Shown here piece by piece: positions 9,734-18,569 of a stretch of DNA of 64,000 nt (within the stretch, counting starts at the first letter, position 1; the number at the start of each line of letters is the position of its first letter). The notes beneath the pieces were generated by a model. That model saw only the letters and a program-made list of their open reading frames with translations, made no database searches and was not told the origin of the DNA. The position numbers were made by a program, and so were the translations under genes. Source of the DNA: an uncultured Planctomycetales bacterium (GTDB lineage: Bacteria > Planctomycetota > Phycisphaerae > UBA1845 > Fen-1342). The stretch spans positions 85,805 to 149,804 of the forward strand of contig CAZGTH010000013.1 in NCBI GenBank assembly GCA_964528455.1. Reading direction: 5' to 3'.

Positions 9734-10633
9734 ATGATCGTCCGAGTCGTGTCGCTGTGCGCACTGTTGGCAGCGCTTGGATCGCCGACCGGTCTCGCGC
9801 AGAACGCGGACCAGCGCGAGAAAACCGCCAACATCCACCAAACCATCGAAAAGCTGAATTGGAAGGAAGTCGATCTCGACGCGTTGTCGCCACTGGAGCG
9901 GTGCCGCACGCTCATGCTGATGAATCACGCCCTTGGAGAACTGGGCGCAGTTTCGCTGGCCGAGGCGGACCTCCTGGGCGCTTTCCTCGAGCAGGAGAAG
10001 CTCGCAGAAGGATACGCCGCGCTCCCCGCCGGACAAGACACGCCGCGTTACAGCTTCCAAGACGCCTGCAAGATTTCCAACGCGCTGCTCAAGGGGCCGA
10101 TGTCGGACTCGCGCTACACGACCGAACTGTCAAACACCGACGACGCCGGACTGCAGGCGTATCTGAAGCTCTACGACCCGACCTGCCGCGACAAGTGGAG
10201 CGAGCTTACCGCGACCACCGGTGATGTGCGGCGGATGGTCGCCTATCTGAAAGACAAAGGAAAGCTCAAGGAATACATGGCGTGGGCGCCGTCCGAAACA
10301 GAACGTCGCCAGGCCGCGCACGAGCGTGAAATGAAAGATCGACGCGCTGCCGCTGGCGAGAAACAGCGCGAGGCGGAGGCCGCCGCCAGCGAAGCGGCGC
10401 GCGAGCGGCGCGAGTTGGAGGAGAGCCGGAAAGCACAGGACGTGCTCGCCCATGTTCAGCAGCCAGCTGTCGGCGCCGTTGTGCAAGTGGAAGACGACGG
10501 CGATTGGTACCCCGGCTGGTACAACGGCGTACTTTCAAACGCGCAACGCCCCCGTCCGTACCATCGCCACAACGGTTACCAGGCCGAAGCGCGCAACCGC
10601 GTGAAGAATCGCAGCGGCGGACGCGGACGTTAG
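9734..10633 (+). CDS. Secreted hypothetical protein with a charged coiled-coil segment
   Basis: A signal peptide is present (LCALLAALGSPTGLAQ). A strongly charged segment ERRQAAHEREMKDRRAAAGEKQREAEAAASEAARERRELEE follows. I recognise no known domain. Confidence 0.45.
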   Translation: MIVRVVSLCALLAALGSPTGLAQNADQREKTANIHQTIEKLNWKEVDLDALSPLERCRTLMLMNHALGELGAVSLAEADLLGAFLEQEKLAEGYAALPAGQDTPRYSFQDACKISNALLKGPMSDSRYTTELSNTDDAGLQAYLKLYDPTCRDKWSELTATTGDVRRMVAYLKDKGKLKEYMAWAPSETERRQAAHEREMKDRRAAAGEKQREAEAAASEAARERRELEESRKAQDVLAHVQQPAVGAVVQVEDDGDWYPGWYNGVLSNAQRPRPYHRHNGYQAEARNRVKNRSGGRGR

Positions 10634-10704
10634 CCGGTCCCCTACGAAAGAGGTCAAGCGGTTCGGACGCGAAGGGCTGAAGACCGTTCGCCAAAGCGGA
10701 GAGC

Positions 10705-11850
10705 GTGATGCGCCGACGATCAGTTCGACAGCCGGTCCTCAGCGTGCTCGTCTGCGCGCTGTGCGCGGCGCCGGCCCTTGCCGACGCCCGTCAAACAAAG
10801 CCCGATAGCAATGACCTCATCGAAATGACGCCGCTCGTTCCGTCGGCGCCGCCTCGAACAGCGGCGCCATCAACCGCGCCGCGGCCGGGCGCACGCAAAA
10901 CACCGCTGCAACACCAGATCGCCGCGATTGACTCGCCGCTGCTGGCCTACGATGCGGCGCAGGCGCCGATTGAACCGAACGCGGCGCCCGCGACATCCGG
11001 CGCGGAGCCGGGCGCGACGGGCGCGTCACAAAGCGATTCCGATCTCGCCAAGCAATTGCAGAACCCGATCGCCAACCTGATCAGCGTGCCGTTTCAGTTC
11101 AACTTCGAATTTGGCGGCGGCGTTGACGTGCCGCAGCAGCGGCTTCCGCGCCTCGTGCGACGACTGCTGCCGGGGCTTCGCAGCCGGCTCGCGGTCGGCG
11201 CCTTCCGACGCGCGGGTCGTGAAGATCGCGGGCAGGCGCGCCGCTACACGCTCAACCTTCAGCCAGTGATCCCGATCGACCTGTCGGACGACTGGCTGGT
11301 GATCAGTCGCACCATCCTTCCCGTGACGTATCAGGACGATGTCTTCGGCACGAGTGATCGCGGTGGCATGGGTGATGTGGTGCAGAGCTTCTTCTTCTCG
11401 CCCAAGGACTCGGACGTAACATGGGGTGTCGGTCCGGTGTTCCTCCTGCCCACCGCTACCGATGATGTGCTCGGCTCGGAGCGCTGGGGAATCGGGCCGA
11501 CGGGCGTTATCCTCAAGCAGGACGGCCCATGGACATACGGCATGTTGGCGAACCACATCTGGTCGTTCGCGCGGGATGATCAGCGCAGCGAAGTCAACGC
11601 CACACTCCTGCAACCGTTTATGTCATACACCTTTGAAGACTCGACGACGTTGGGCCTGAATACCGAGGCGACATTCGACTGGAACACAGACGAATGGACT
11701 GTCCCGGTGCAGGCCAGCGTCGGAAAAGTCTTCAAGTTCGGCGAACAACCCGTCAACCTGTCGCTCGCCGGACGCTATTGGGTCGAGGGGCCGGAATCCG
11801 CCCCCGACTGGTCCGTGCGATTCATCGTTACATTTCTGTTCCCGAAGTGA
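10705..11850 (+). CDS. Outer-membrane beta-barrel of the MetA-pathway/PF13557 (FadL-like hydrophobic-compound transporter) family
   Basis: A signal peptide is present. The family N-terminal motif LQNPIANLISVPFQFNFEFG and the TLNLQPVIPIDLSDDWLVISRTILPV block are visible. The C-terminal aromatic end is FLFPK. Confidence 0.6.
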   Translation: MMRRRSVRQPVLSVLVCALCAAPALADARQTKPDSNDLIEMTPLVPSAPPRTAAPSTAPRPGARKTPLQHQIAAIDSPLLAYDAAQAPIEPNAAPATSGAEPGATGASQSDSDLAKQLQNPIANLISVPFQFNFEFGGGVDVPQQRLPRLVRRLLPGLRSRLAVGAFRRAGREDRGQARRYTLNLQPVIPIDLSDDWLVISRTILPVTYQDDVFGTSDRGGMGDVVQSFFFSPKDSDVTWGVGPVFLLPTATDDVLGSERWGIGPTGVILKQDGPWTYGMLANHIWSFARDDQRSEVNATLLQPFMSYTFEDSTTLGLNTEATFDWNTDEWTVPVQASVGKVFKFGEQPVNLSLAGRYWVEGPESAPDWSVRFIVTFLFPK

Positions 11851-11912
11851 TCGGAAGAGCGCCCAAAGACGCAATCTTCCGACGGCTGGTTGTCGATCCA
11901 CCCATTTTCAGC

Positions 11913-13442
11913 ATGAGGTTGAGGAAAATGAACAGCGCACACATCACCATGGTCATCATCGCCTGCGGCTTCTGCGCCGCCGCCGCCGCCAGCGCGCAGC
12001 CGGACAAGCCCGCGGAACCGCCTGCGCCCGCTGCCACCACAACGCCGAAAGCAGGCGCCCCCGACACACCGGATGCGCCGGAGGCGACGGAAGCCGCCGA
12101 GCCCGACGCGATTGCGCCGATCGACGACTATCCGGCGTTCTTTCCGCTCGACTATTCCGGCGACTTCCTCGACAGCCGGGCGCTGACCGGGGATTGGGGC
12201 GGCGCTCGCACGGGGCTCGCGAACGACGGCATCTCCTTCCGCGTCGAGACGCTGCAGACGCTGCAGGGGAGCGTACACGGCGGAAAGGACACCGGTTTCG
12301 AGTATTTCGGATCGGCGGACTACCTGCTGGAGTTTGATACTTATCGCATGGACCTGTGGCCGGGCGGCTATTTCAGGGTGCGCGGCGAGACGCCGTGGGG
12401 CCGAAACGCCAATCAGCGCATCGGCGCCGTGTCGAACCCCAATTTTGACGCGCTCTTTCCCGTCGCGAACGACCCCGGCCTCACCACGCTGACCGAGGTC
12501 TGGTACCTGCAGGCGCTCAGCGAAGAGCTGTACGTGCTTGGCGGTAAACTCGACCCGTCGCGACTGCCGGGGCAGAATGAGTTTGCGAGCGACTACTACG
12601 CGCACTTCATGAACACCTCGCTCTGGCAGAACCCGGTGACGTTCTCGACAATTCCATACACCGCGTTCGCCGCCGGCGTCGGCTACAAGCCCACCGAGTG
12701 GTTCGACGGCGCTACACTGTTCCTCGATTCGTTTGGCTCACCGACGCGCTCCGGATTCGACACGGCGTTTCATAGTCCAAACGGCCTCACGATCGTTCAG
12801 TCGCTCGCGTTCCACTATCACCTCAGTGGCCTCAAGGGCAATCAGCGCGTGGCCGCGAGCTGGTCGTCGCGAGATAAGGTAGCCCTCGAAGATCTTGATC
12901 GCCTGTTTCTCGCCGGCGCCACCGCCCCGTCGTTTTCGCGCCTCAATGTCCCCCGCGCGCTGCAGCCCGGCGGGCAACTGCCGCGCCCGGCTCGCTTCCT
13001 GCGCCGCGCTGCGTTCGCCCGGCTGTTGGATCCGCAACCATCGTCCGATGATTGGATGATCTCCTATGACTTTGACCAGGAGCTCTATCGCGATGCGGAG
13101 GATCCGAGCCGTCGTCTTGGCGTCTTCGGTCGGTTTGGCTGGTCGCCCGGCGAGCTGAACCCGATCAGCACCTTCTACAGCATTGGCCTCGGGGGGACCG
13201 GACTGATCCCCACGCGCGAGAAGGATCGCTTTGGCGTCGGTTACTACTTGATGAACTTCTCCAATGACATCCCCGGCATCATCGGGCTGAATGCGGAGCA
13301 AGGCGTCGAGCTGTTCTACAACATCGAAGTGACGCCATGGCTGCACATCACCCCGGATATTCAGGTGATCATCGATCCGGGCAGATCGGACGCGCGCGAT
13401 ACGGCCGTCGTCTTCGGCTTGCGCACGCAGATCAGTTTCTGA
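11913..13442 (+). CDS. Outer-membrane porin, candidate OprB-like carbohydrate-selective porin family
   Basis: The start is chosen at MRLRKMNS with a signal peptide. An Ala/Pro-rich linker follows. A long beta-rich region ends in a terminal ...GLRTQISF (C-terminal Phe, typical of OM barrels). Confidence 0.5.
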   Translation: MRLRKMNSAHITMVIIACGFCAAAAASAQPDKPAEPPAPAATTTPKAGAPDTPDAPEATEAAEPDAIAPIDDYPAFFPLDYSGDFLDSRALTGDWGGARTGLANDGISFRVETLQTLQGSVHGGKDTGFEYFGSADYLLEFDTYRMDLWPGGYFRVRGETPWGRNANQRIGAVSNPNFDALFPVANDPGLTTLTEVWYLQALSEELYVLGGKLDPSRLPGQNEFASDYYAHFMNTSLWQNPVTFSTIPYTAFAAGVGYKPTEWFDGATLFLDSFGSPTRSGFDTAFHSPNGLTIVQSLAFHYHLSGLKGNQRVAASWSSRDKVALEDLDRLFLAGATAPSFSRLNVPRALQPGGQLPRPARFLRRAAFARLLDPQPSSDDWMISYDFDQELYRDAEDPSRRLGVFGRFGWSPGELNPISTFYSIGLGGTGLIPTREKDRFGVGYYLMNFSNDIPGIIGLNAEQGVELFYNIEVTPWLHITPDIQVIIDPGRSDARDTAVVFGLRTQISF

Positions 13443-13654
13443 GCCTGCCTAAGAATCGACTTCTCCGTCGGCGGAGCCGGGTTGCTCGGCCGCGGCGGAG
13501 CCCGGGCGCCTGTGCAAGTTCCTTGGACAGCGGATTCGGCGCGCGGTATCGTCAGGAGGCTCCAGCGACAGCCCGACGGCGGCGCTCGCGATTCTGGTCT
13601 TTACCGGCGCCGGCTTCGCACCGAGCTCGACATTTGTTCAGAGAGGGAATCGGC

Positions 13655-16024
13655 ATGGGCATAAATCACGGACTAACCGCTGCACTGCTCGGGTTCTTGT
13701 TTGCTGGTACCGCCGGCGCTCAGGAAACGGCATGGCCGCGGCAACGGGAAGTCAACGGCAACACGATCGTGATGTACCAGCCGCAGGTTGACGCCTGGGA
13801 AAACGAGGAATTGCTTTCGTTCCGATCCGCCATCGCAGTGAAGCGTGCAGGCGAGGATCAGCCTGTTCTTGGCGTGATCACGGCGCAGGCGAAGACAAAG
13901 GTCAGCATGGCGGAGCGTTCGGTCCTCTTGACCGATCCTCAGGTGCAGGTCCATTTCCCTGATCTGCAGGCGTCCGCAATCGGGGACTTGGAGCAAATCG
14001 TACGCGAGGCGCTGCCGAACCGGCAAACGATGGTCGTGGATCTTGACCGCATCCTGTCGTATGTATCAAGGTCTGAAGTGCAGGCGAAAGAGATTGCCGT
14101 GAACCTGGAGCCGCCACCGATTTTCTACAGTGACAAGCCCGCGATCCTCGTGATCTTCATGGGCGAGCCGAGATTCAAGCCGGCGCCGGGTACAAATCTT
14201 CTGTTCGCGGCCAACACGAACTGGGATGTGTTCCTGGATACAAGCTCGTCGCGATACTTCTTGCTCAACGGCGATTCCTGGCTCACGTCCAGTGATCCGT
14301 GGAGCGCAGCCTGGAATGTCGCGACCGAACTGCCCGCCGATATGGCGAAGCTCCCGAACGACGAAAACTGGGCCGAGGTGCGAAAGCACCTGCATGTGAA
14401 GCCCGATGCCGTTGCTCCGGCGGTCTTTGTTAGCGCGGGCCCGGCGGAGCTGATCATCACCGAGGGCGAGGCCGAGATGACGCCGATCCCCGGCGCCAAG
14501 CTGCTCTTCGTGACGAATACCGATAGCGATCTGTTCTTCCGTACCGAGGATCGAAAATTCTACTACCTGGTTGCCGGTCGCTGGTTCCGCTCGGATAGTC
14601 TGAAGGGACCGTGGGAGGCGGCCACAACGAATCTGCCGCCGGACTTCGCACAGATTCCTGATGACAGCGCGAAGGCCAACGTCCTTGCGTCGGTCCCGGG
14701 GACTCCGGAGGCCGAGGAGGCGGTGATACAGGCAAGCATCCCGCAGAAGGCAACTGTGACACGCTCGGAGGCGAAGGTCGAAGTGGCCTACGGCGGCGCG
14801 CCGCAATTCAAGCTGATCGACGGCAGCGACGGTGTCTCCTATGCGACGAACACGACCTTCACGGTGCTGATGGTCGGTAGTCAATACTACTGTTGTGAGG
14901 CGGGCGTCTGGTTTGTCGCGCCGCAGCCGACCGGACCATGGGTCGTCTGCTCCGAGGTGCCGAAGGCGATCTACTCCATTCCGCCGAGCAGCCCGCAGCA
15001 CAACGTGACTTACGTGTACGTCTACGATTCCGATGCCGAGCAAGTGACCGTCGGGTACACGTCGGGATACAGCGGCGCCTACGTCGCAAACGGCCTGGTG
15101 ATGTTCGGCGCGGGTGTGCTGGTCGGCGCGGCACTGGACGACGATTGGTACGCTTGGCATAGCTCCCCTTGCTACTATAGCTACGGATGTCACGCTCACT
15201 ATGACTATCACGCCGGTGGATTCGTTCGGACGGGACATTACTACGGTCCCTACGGTGGCGCCGGTTACGGCGCTCGCTACAACCCGGTCACCGGCGGATA
15301 CGCCCGCGGCGCTTATGCGTATGGTCCCTATGGCTCGGCCGGTGTCGGTTCGGCATACAACCCGGCCACGGGGCGATACGCGCGCGGCGGATACGTCAGC
15401 GGTCAAAGGGGGACGATCGCAGGCGGCAGCACTTTTAACCCGAACACAGGGCGAGGCGCCGCAACCCGTCAGGTGGACACGCCCTACGGTTCGTGGGGAC
15501 GCTCGGTTGTATCAGACGGCGACGACTGGGCCCGGTTTGGACACCACAGCGGCGAGCACGGCAAGACGGCCGGATTCGAGACTTCTGAAGGCGCCAAGGG
15601 AGTTGTCCACAAGGGCGACGACGGCTGGAAGTACGTCGGAAAGTCGAAGGATGGTGACGTCTACGCGGGCGGTGACGGCCGCGTGTATCGGCGTGACGAG
15701 AGCAATCAATGGCAGGGGCATTCGAATACGTCGCGAAACTGGAACACGACTGAACAGAAAAGCTACACCAAGGACCAGTCCCGAACGCGGCCGGATCAGT
15801 GGGACCAGGTCAATCAACGCAACACGACGCAGGGAGGCAGCGGCGGCAATCGAGGCGACGCGCGTGAGTCGACCGCGGGCACTCGGCAACAATCCAGGTC
15901 GGCTGGGTCGTCCAAGAAGGAGCTCAATCGCGATGCATGGTCGCGCGATCGAGGCGCCAAGCTCAGTTCTCGAGATCGAAGCGCCAGTCGAGGGGGCCGT
16001 TCGCGAGGTCGCGGCAGGCCTTGA
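13655..16024 (+). CDS. Secreted Tyr/Gly-rich tandem-repeat protein of unknown function
   Basis: The start is chosen at MGINHG with a signal peptide. Repeats of the form YNPxTGxYARG / GPYGxAG occur near 15.24-15.42 kb. The C-terminal tail is basic and Ser/Arg-rich. Confidence 0.55.
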   Translation: MGINHGLTAALLGFLFAGTAGAQETAWPRQREVNGNTIVMYQPQVDAWENEELLSFRSAIAVKRAGEDQPVLGVITAQAKTKVSMAERSVLLTDPQVQVHFPDLQASAIGDLEQIVREALPNRQTMVVDLDRILSYVSRSEVQAKEIAVNLEPPPIFYSDKPAILVIFMGEPRFKPAPGTNLLFAANTNWDVFLDTSSSRYFLLNGDSWLTSSDPWSAAWNVATELPADMAKLPNDENWAEVRKHLHVKPDAVAPAVFVSAGPAELIITEGEAEMTPIPGAKLLFVTNTDSDLFFRTEDRKFYYLVAGRWFRSDSLKGPWEAATTNLPPDFAQIPDDSAKANVLASVPGTPEAEEAVIQASIPQKATVTRSEAKVEVAYGGAPQFKLIDGSDGVSYATNTTFTVLMVGSQYYCCEAGVWFVAPQPTGPWVVCSEVPKAIYSIPPSSPQHNVTYVYVYDSDAEQVTVGYTSGYSGAYVANGLVMFGAGVLVGAALDDDWYAWHSSPCYYSYGCHAHYDYHAGGFVRTGHYYGPYGGAGYGARYNPVTGGYARGAYAYGPYGSAGVGSAYNPATGRYARGGYVSGQRGTIAGGSTFNPNTGRGAATRQVDTPYGSWGRSVVSDGDDWARFGHHSGEHGKTAGFETSEGAKGVVHKGDDGWKYVGKSKDGDVYAGGDGRVYRRDESNQWQGHSNTSRNWNTTEQKSYTKDQSRTRPDQWDQVNQRNTTQGGSGGNRGDARESTAGTRQQSRSAGSSKKELNRDAWSRDRGAKLSSRDRSASRGGRSRGRGRP

Positions 16025-16205
16025 CGGGCTCATAGTCCCAAACCTGATTTTCTCGTTTCGCCGACGCAACTGAAACTCGGATCACGAGACATCAGACTCG
16101 CAAGGAAATGACCATGACCTATCCCACGAAGACAAACCGGCGAGCCTGCGCGAGAAATCTCTCAGCCATCGCAGTGTCGGGCGGCGTCGGAAAGCGAGTA
16201 CAGCA

Positions 16206-17360
16206 ATGACCCACCATGCGCGAGTCTCCGCGCGCTTACGAACCCTCGTGGCCATCGCGATCACGCTGCCTTACGGCGTGCCGCTGAACGCGGAGCCGCC
16301 CGCTTGTTGCGCCGGTAGCCGGGCCGCCATGCTGAATACGTCCGAGCCCAACCCGCCGAACATGGTCTGGATCCCCCCCGGCGAATTCACGATGGGAACC
16401 GACGATCCGACCGTCTGGCCGGCCGAGCGTCCCGCCCATCGGGTCGCGTTGAGCGGGTTCTGGATGGATGCGACCGAAGTCACCAATGCGCAGTTCCGCG
16501 CGTTTGTTGAGGCGACCGGCTATGTGACCACGGCCGAGCAGAAGCCCGATTGGGAGGAACTGAAAAAACAACTGCCGCCCGGCACGCCCAAACCCGCGGA
16601 CGAAATGCTCGTCGCGGCTTCGATCGTTTTTCAACCACCCGAGCGGCAGCCGCTGAACCTCGACGACCTTCACTCATGGTGGACCTGGACGCCGGGCGCG
16701 GATTGGCGGCGCCCGCAAGGTCCTGGCAGCGATATCAAAGGCAAGGACGACCTGCCGGTCGTGCACGTCTCATGGGACGACGCCGTCGCATACGCGAAGT
16801 GGGCCGGGAAGCGCCTTCCGACCGAAGCGGAGTGGGAGTACGCGGCGCGCGGCGGATTGGAGTCCAAGGAGTTCGTCTGGGGCGAGGACGCCTATGACGA
16901 ACAGAAGCCGCAATGCAACGCCTGGCAGGGTGTGTTCCCGGCCAAGAACACCAACGCCGACGGCTTCGAGCGCGTCGCGCCCGTCGGATCTTTTCGCCCG
17001 AACGGCTACAAGCTATACGACATGGCCGGCAATGTGTGGGAATGGTGTTCGGATTGGTACCGTTTTGACGCCTATCAGCAGTCAATCGCGGCCAACGGTT
17101 CGCGAACGGTGAAAGACCCGACCGGTCCGGACAAGGCCTGGGATCCGCAACAGCCGTTCATGCCACAGCGCGTGATGCGCGGCGGCTCGTTTCTTTGCCA
17201 TCCGAGCTACTGCGCTTCCTATCGCCCCAGCGCCCGCCGCGGAAACAGCCCCGACACCTCCACCGAGCATCTCGGCTTTCGCTGCGTCATGACGCCGGAA
17301 ATGTGGCAGAAACGCCGGACGGAGACCAAGGAAAAGGACAAGTCCGAGTCGGGCGCCTGA
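16206..17360 (+). CDS. Formylglycine-generating enzyme (FGE / sulfatase-modifying factor) family protein
   Basis: The FGE-sulfatase domain is recognisable from MVWIPPGEFTMG, RLPTEAEWEYAARGG, YDMAGNVWEW and RGGSF. Confidence 0.85.
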   Translation: MTHHARVSARLRTLVAIAITLPYGVPLNAEPPACCAGSRAAMLNTSEPNPPNMVWIPPGEFTMGTDDPTVWPAERPAHRVALSGFWMDATEVTNAQFRAFVEATGYVTTAEQKPDWEELKKQLPPGTPKPADEMLVAASIVFQPPERQPLNLDDLHSWWTWTPGADWRRPQGPGSDIKGKDDLPVVHVSWDDAVAYAKWAGKRLPTEAEWEYAARGGLESKEFVWGEDAYDEQKPQCNAWQGVFPAKNTNADGFERVAPVGSFRPNGYKLYDMAGNVWEWCSDWYRFDAYQQSIAANGSRTVKDPTGPDKAWDPQQPFMPQRVMRGGSFLCHPSYCASYRPSARRGNSPDTSTEHLGFRCVMTPEMWQKRRTETKEKDKSESGA

Positions 17361-17373
17361 CGCCACGACCAGG

Positions 17374-18558
17374 CTAACCCCCGGCGGGAACCGTGACGAT
17401 CGGCGTCTGAAAAGTGACCTCCGAAGCCTGCAGTTGGAACAGATACGATAGGAGCGCGAACGTCCCTTTCGAGGTCCAGTCCGACTCGTCGATGTACCAC
17501 CAGTAGTCGTGATAGTAAACCTGAACAAACGCGTCGGGCTGCGGCAGGCGCGCGTGCCGCACGCGCAGCCAAACGTGTTCTTGCGCGGCTTCGGACGTTC
17601 TGCCGGCATTCCGAACCTGACCACTCGCGACATGATCTCTCGGGGCGTCAACGAGTTGGGCAAGGGCGTTCATCACGCCCATCATCGAACGCGTCTGCAT
17701 CACGAGCTCGTTTTCGCTATGCCGCACGCCGGCCGGCACGATCCGAATCCGTTCGACATCGGATCTTAGATCGAGCAGTTCGGACAACTCCTTCGCCAGC
17801 GCGGCTGTTTGCTGCGTCGGCGCAGGCACAGCCAGATAGTTGGCATTTTGCGCGCGGTCAACTTCGACCGTGAGGTTGAGTTCGCCCGTGTCCTGAACCT
17901 GCTTCAGCAGGGACGCCACGCGGGCAAACTCGGCGGTGCTCCAAGCCTGATCGCCACCGACGTTGTGAATCGGCGTGTTGCGCACGTCGTTGAGTCGCTG
18001 GACGCAGCACTCAAGCAGTTGGTCGATATCCCACCCGGACTGGCTCAGATAGATGATCACGGACGTCGGGATCGGTGTCATCACCCGCGCGGCAAAGTCC
18101 TTGCCCTGCAGGGGCGCGTACGAAATCGTCGGGCGATCGACATAGCCGACGTTGCCGCCCCACTCGCTCTGTTCGCTCGGGTCGTTGTCGACGCCGTACG
18201 CCGCCCGCAGCGCGGCGTTTGGCCAGATGTTCAGGTCATTCCACCACGTTCTGTAATTGGCCCCGGCCTGAAACGTATACTGATTGAGCATCGACGTAAC
18301 TTCGACGAAGTAGACCGGCTGGCGATATCGCAGCCGCACGATGTTGAGCAGGATCTGCTCATTCGCCGACTCGGCCCCGGCCTTGTTGTAGTTAAACCGG
18401 TCGCCCGGCACACTCGTCGGCCCAAGCGTCGCGCACCCGATGATGACCGATGCGCATGCCGTCAGCGCCAGCGCTGCGCGACGCGGAACGCGACACAGCG
18501 TCTGCCAGGCCCGCGGCGGCGAGATGTCGTAAGGTCGAATCAGCTGAGAGCCTCGCAA
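17374..18558 (-). CDS. Hypothetical lipoprotein, co-transcribed downstream of the arylsulfatase
   Basis: The lipobox is ASVIIGC. It lies 11 nt after the sulfatase stop on the same strand. I recognise no known domain. Confidence 0.5.
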   Translation of the reverse strand: MRGSQLIRPYDISPPRAWQTLCRVPRRAALALTACASVIIGCATLGPTSVPGDRFNYNKAGAESANEQILLNIVRLRYRQPVYFVEVTSMLNQYTFQAGANYRTWWNDLNIWPNAALRAAYGVDNDPSEQSEWGGNVGYVDRPTISYAPLQGKDFAARVMTPIPTSVIIYLSQSGWDIDQLLECCVQRLNDVRNTPIHNVGGDQAWSTAEFARVASLLKQVQDTGELNLTVEVDRAQNANYLAVPAPTQQTAALAKELSELLDLRSDVERIRIVPAGVRHSENELVMQTRSMMGVMNALAQLVDAPRDHVASGQVRNAGRTSEAAQEHVWLRVRHARLPQPDAFVQVYYHDYWWYIDESDWTSKGTFALLSYLFQLQASEVTFQTPIVTVPAGG

Positions 18559-18569
18559 GTCTGTCGGCG

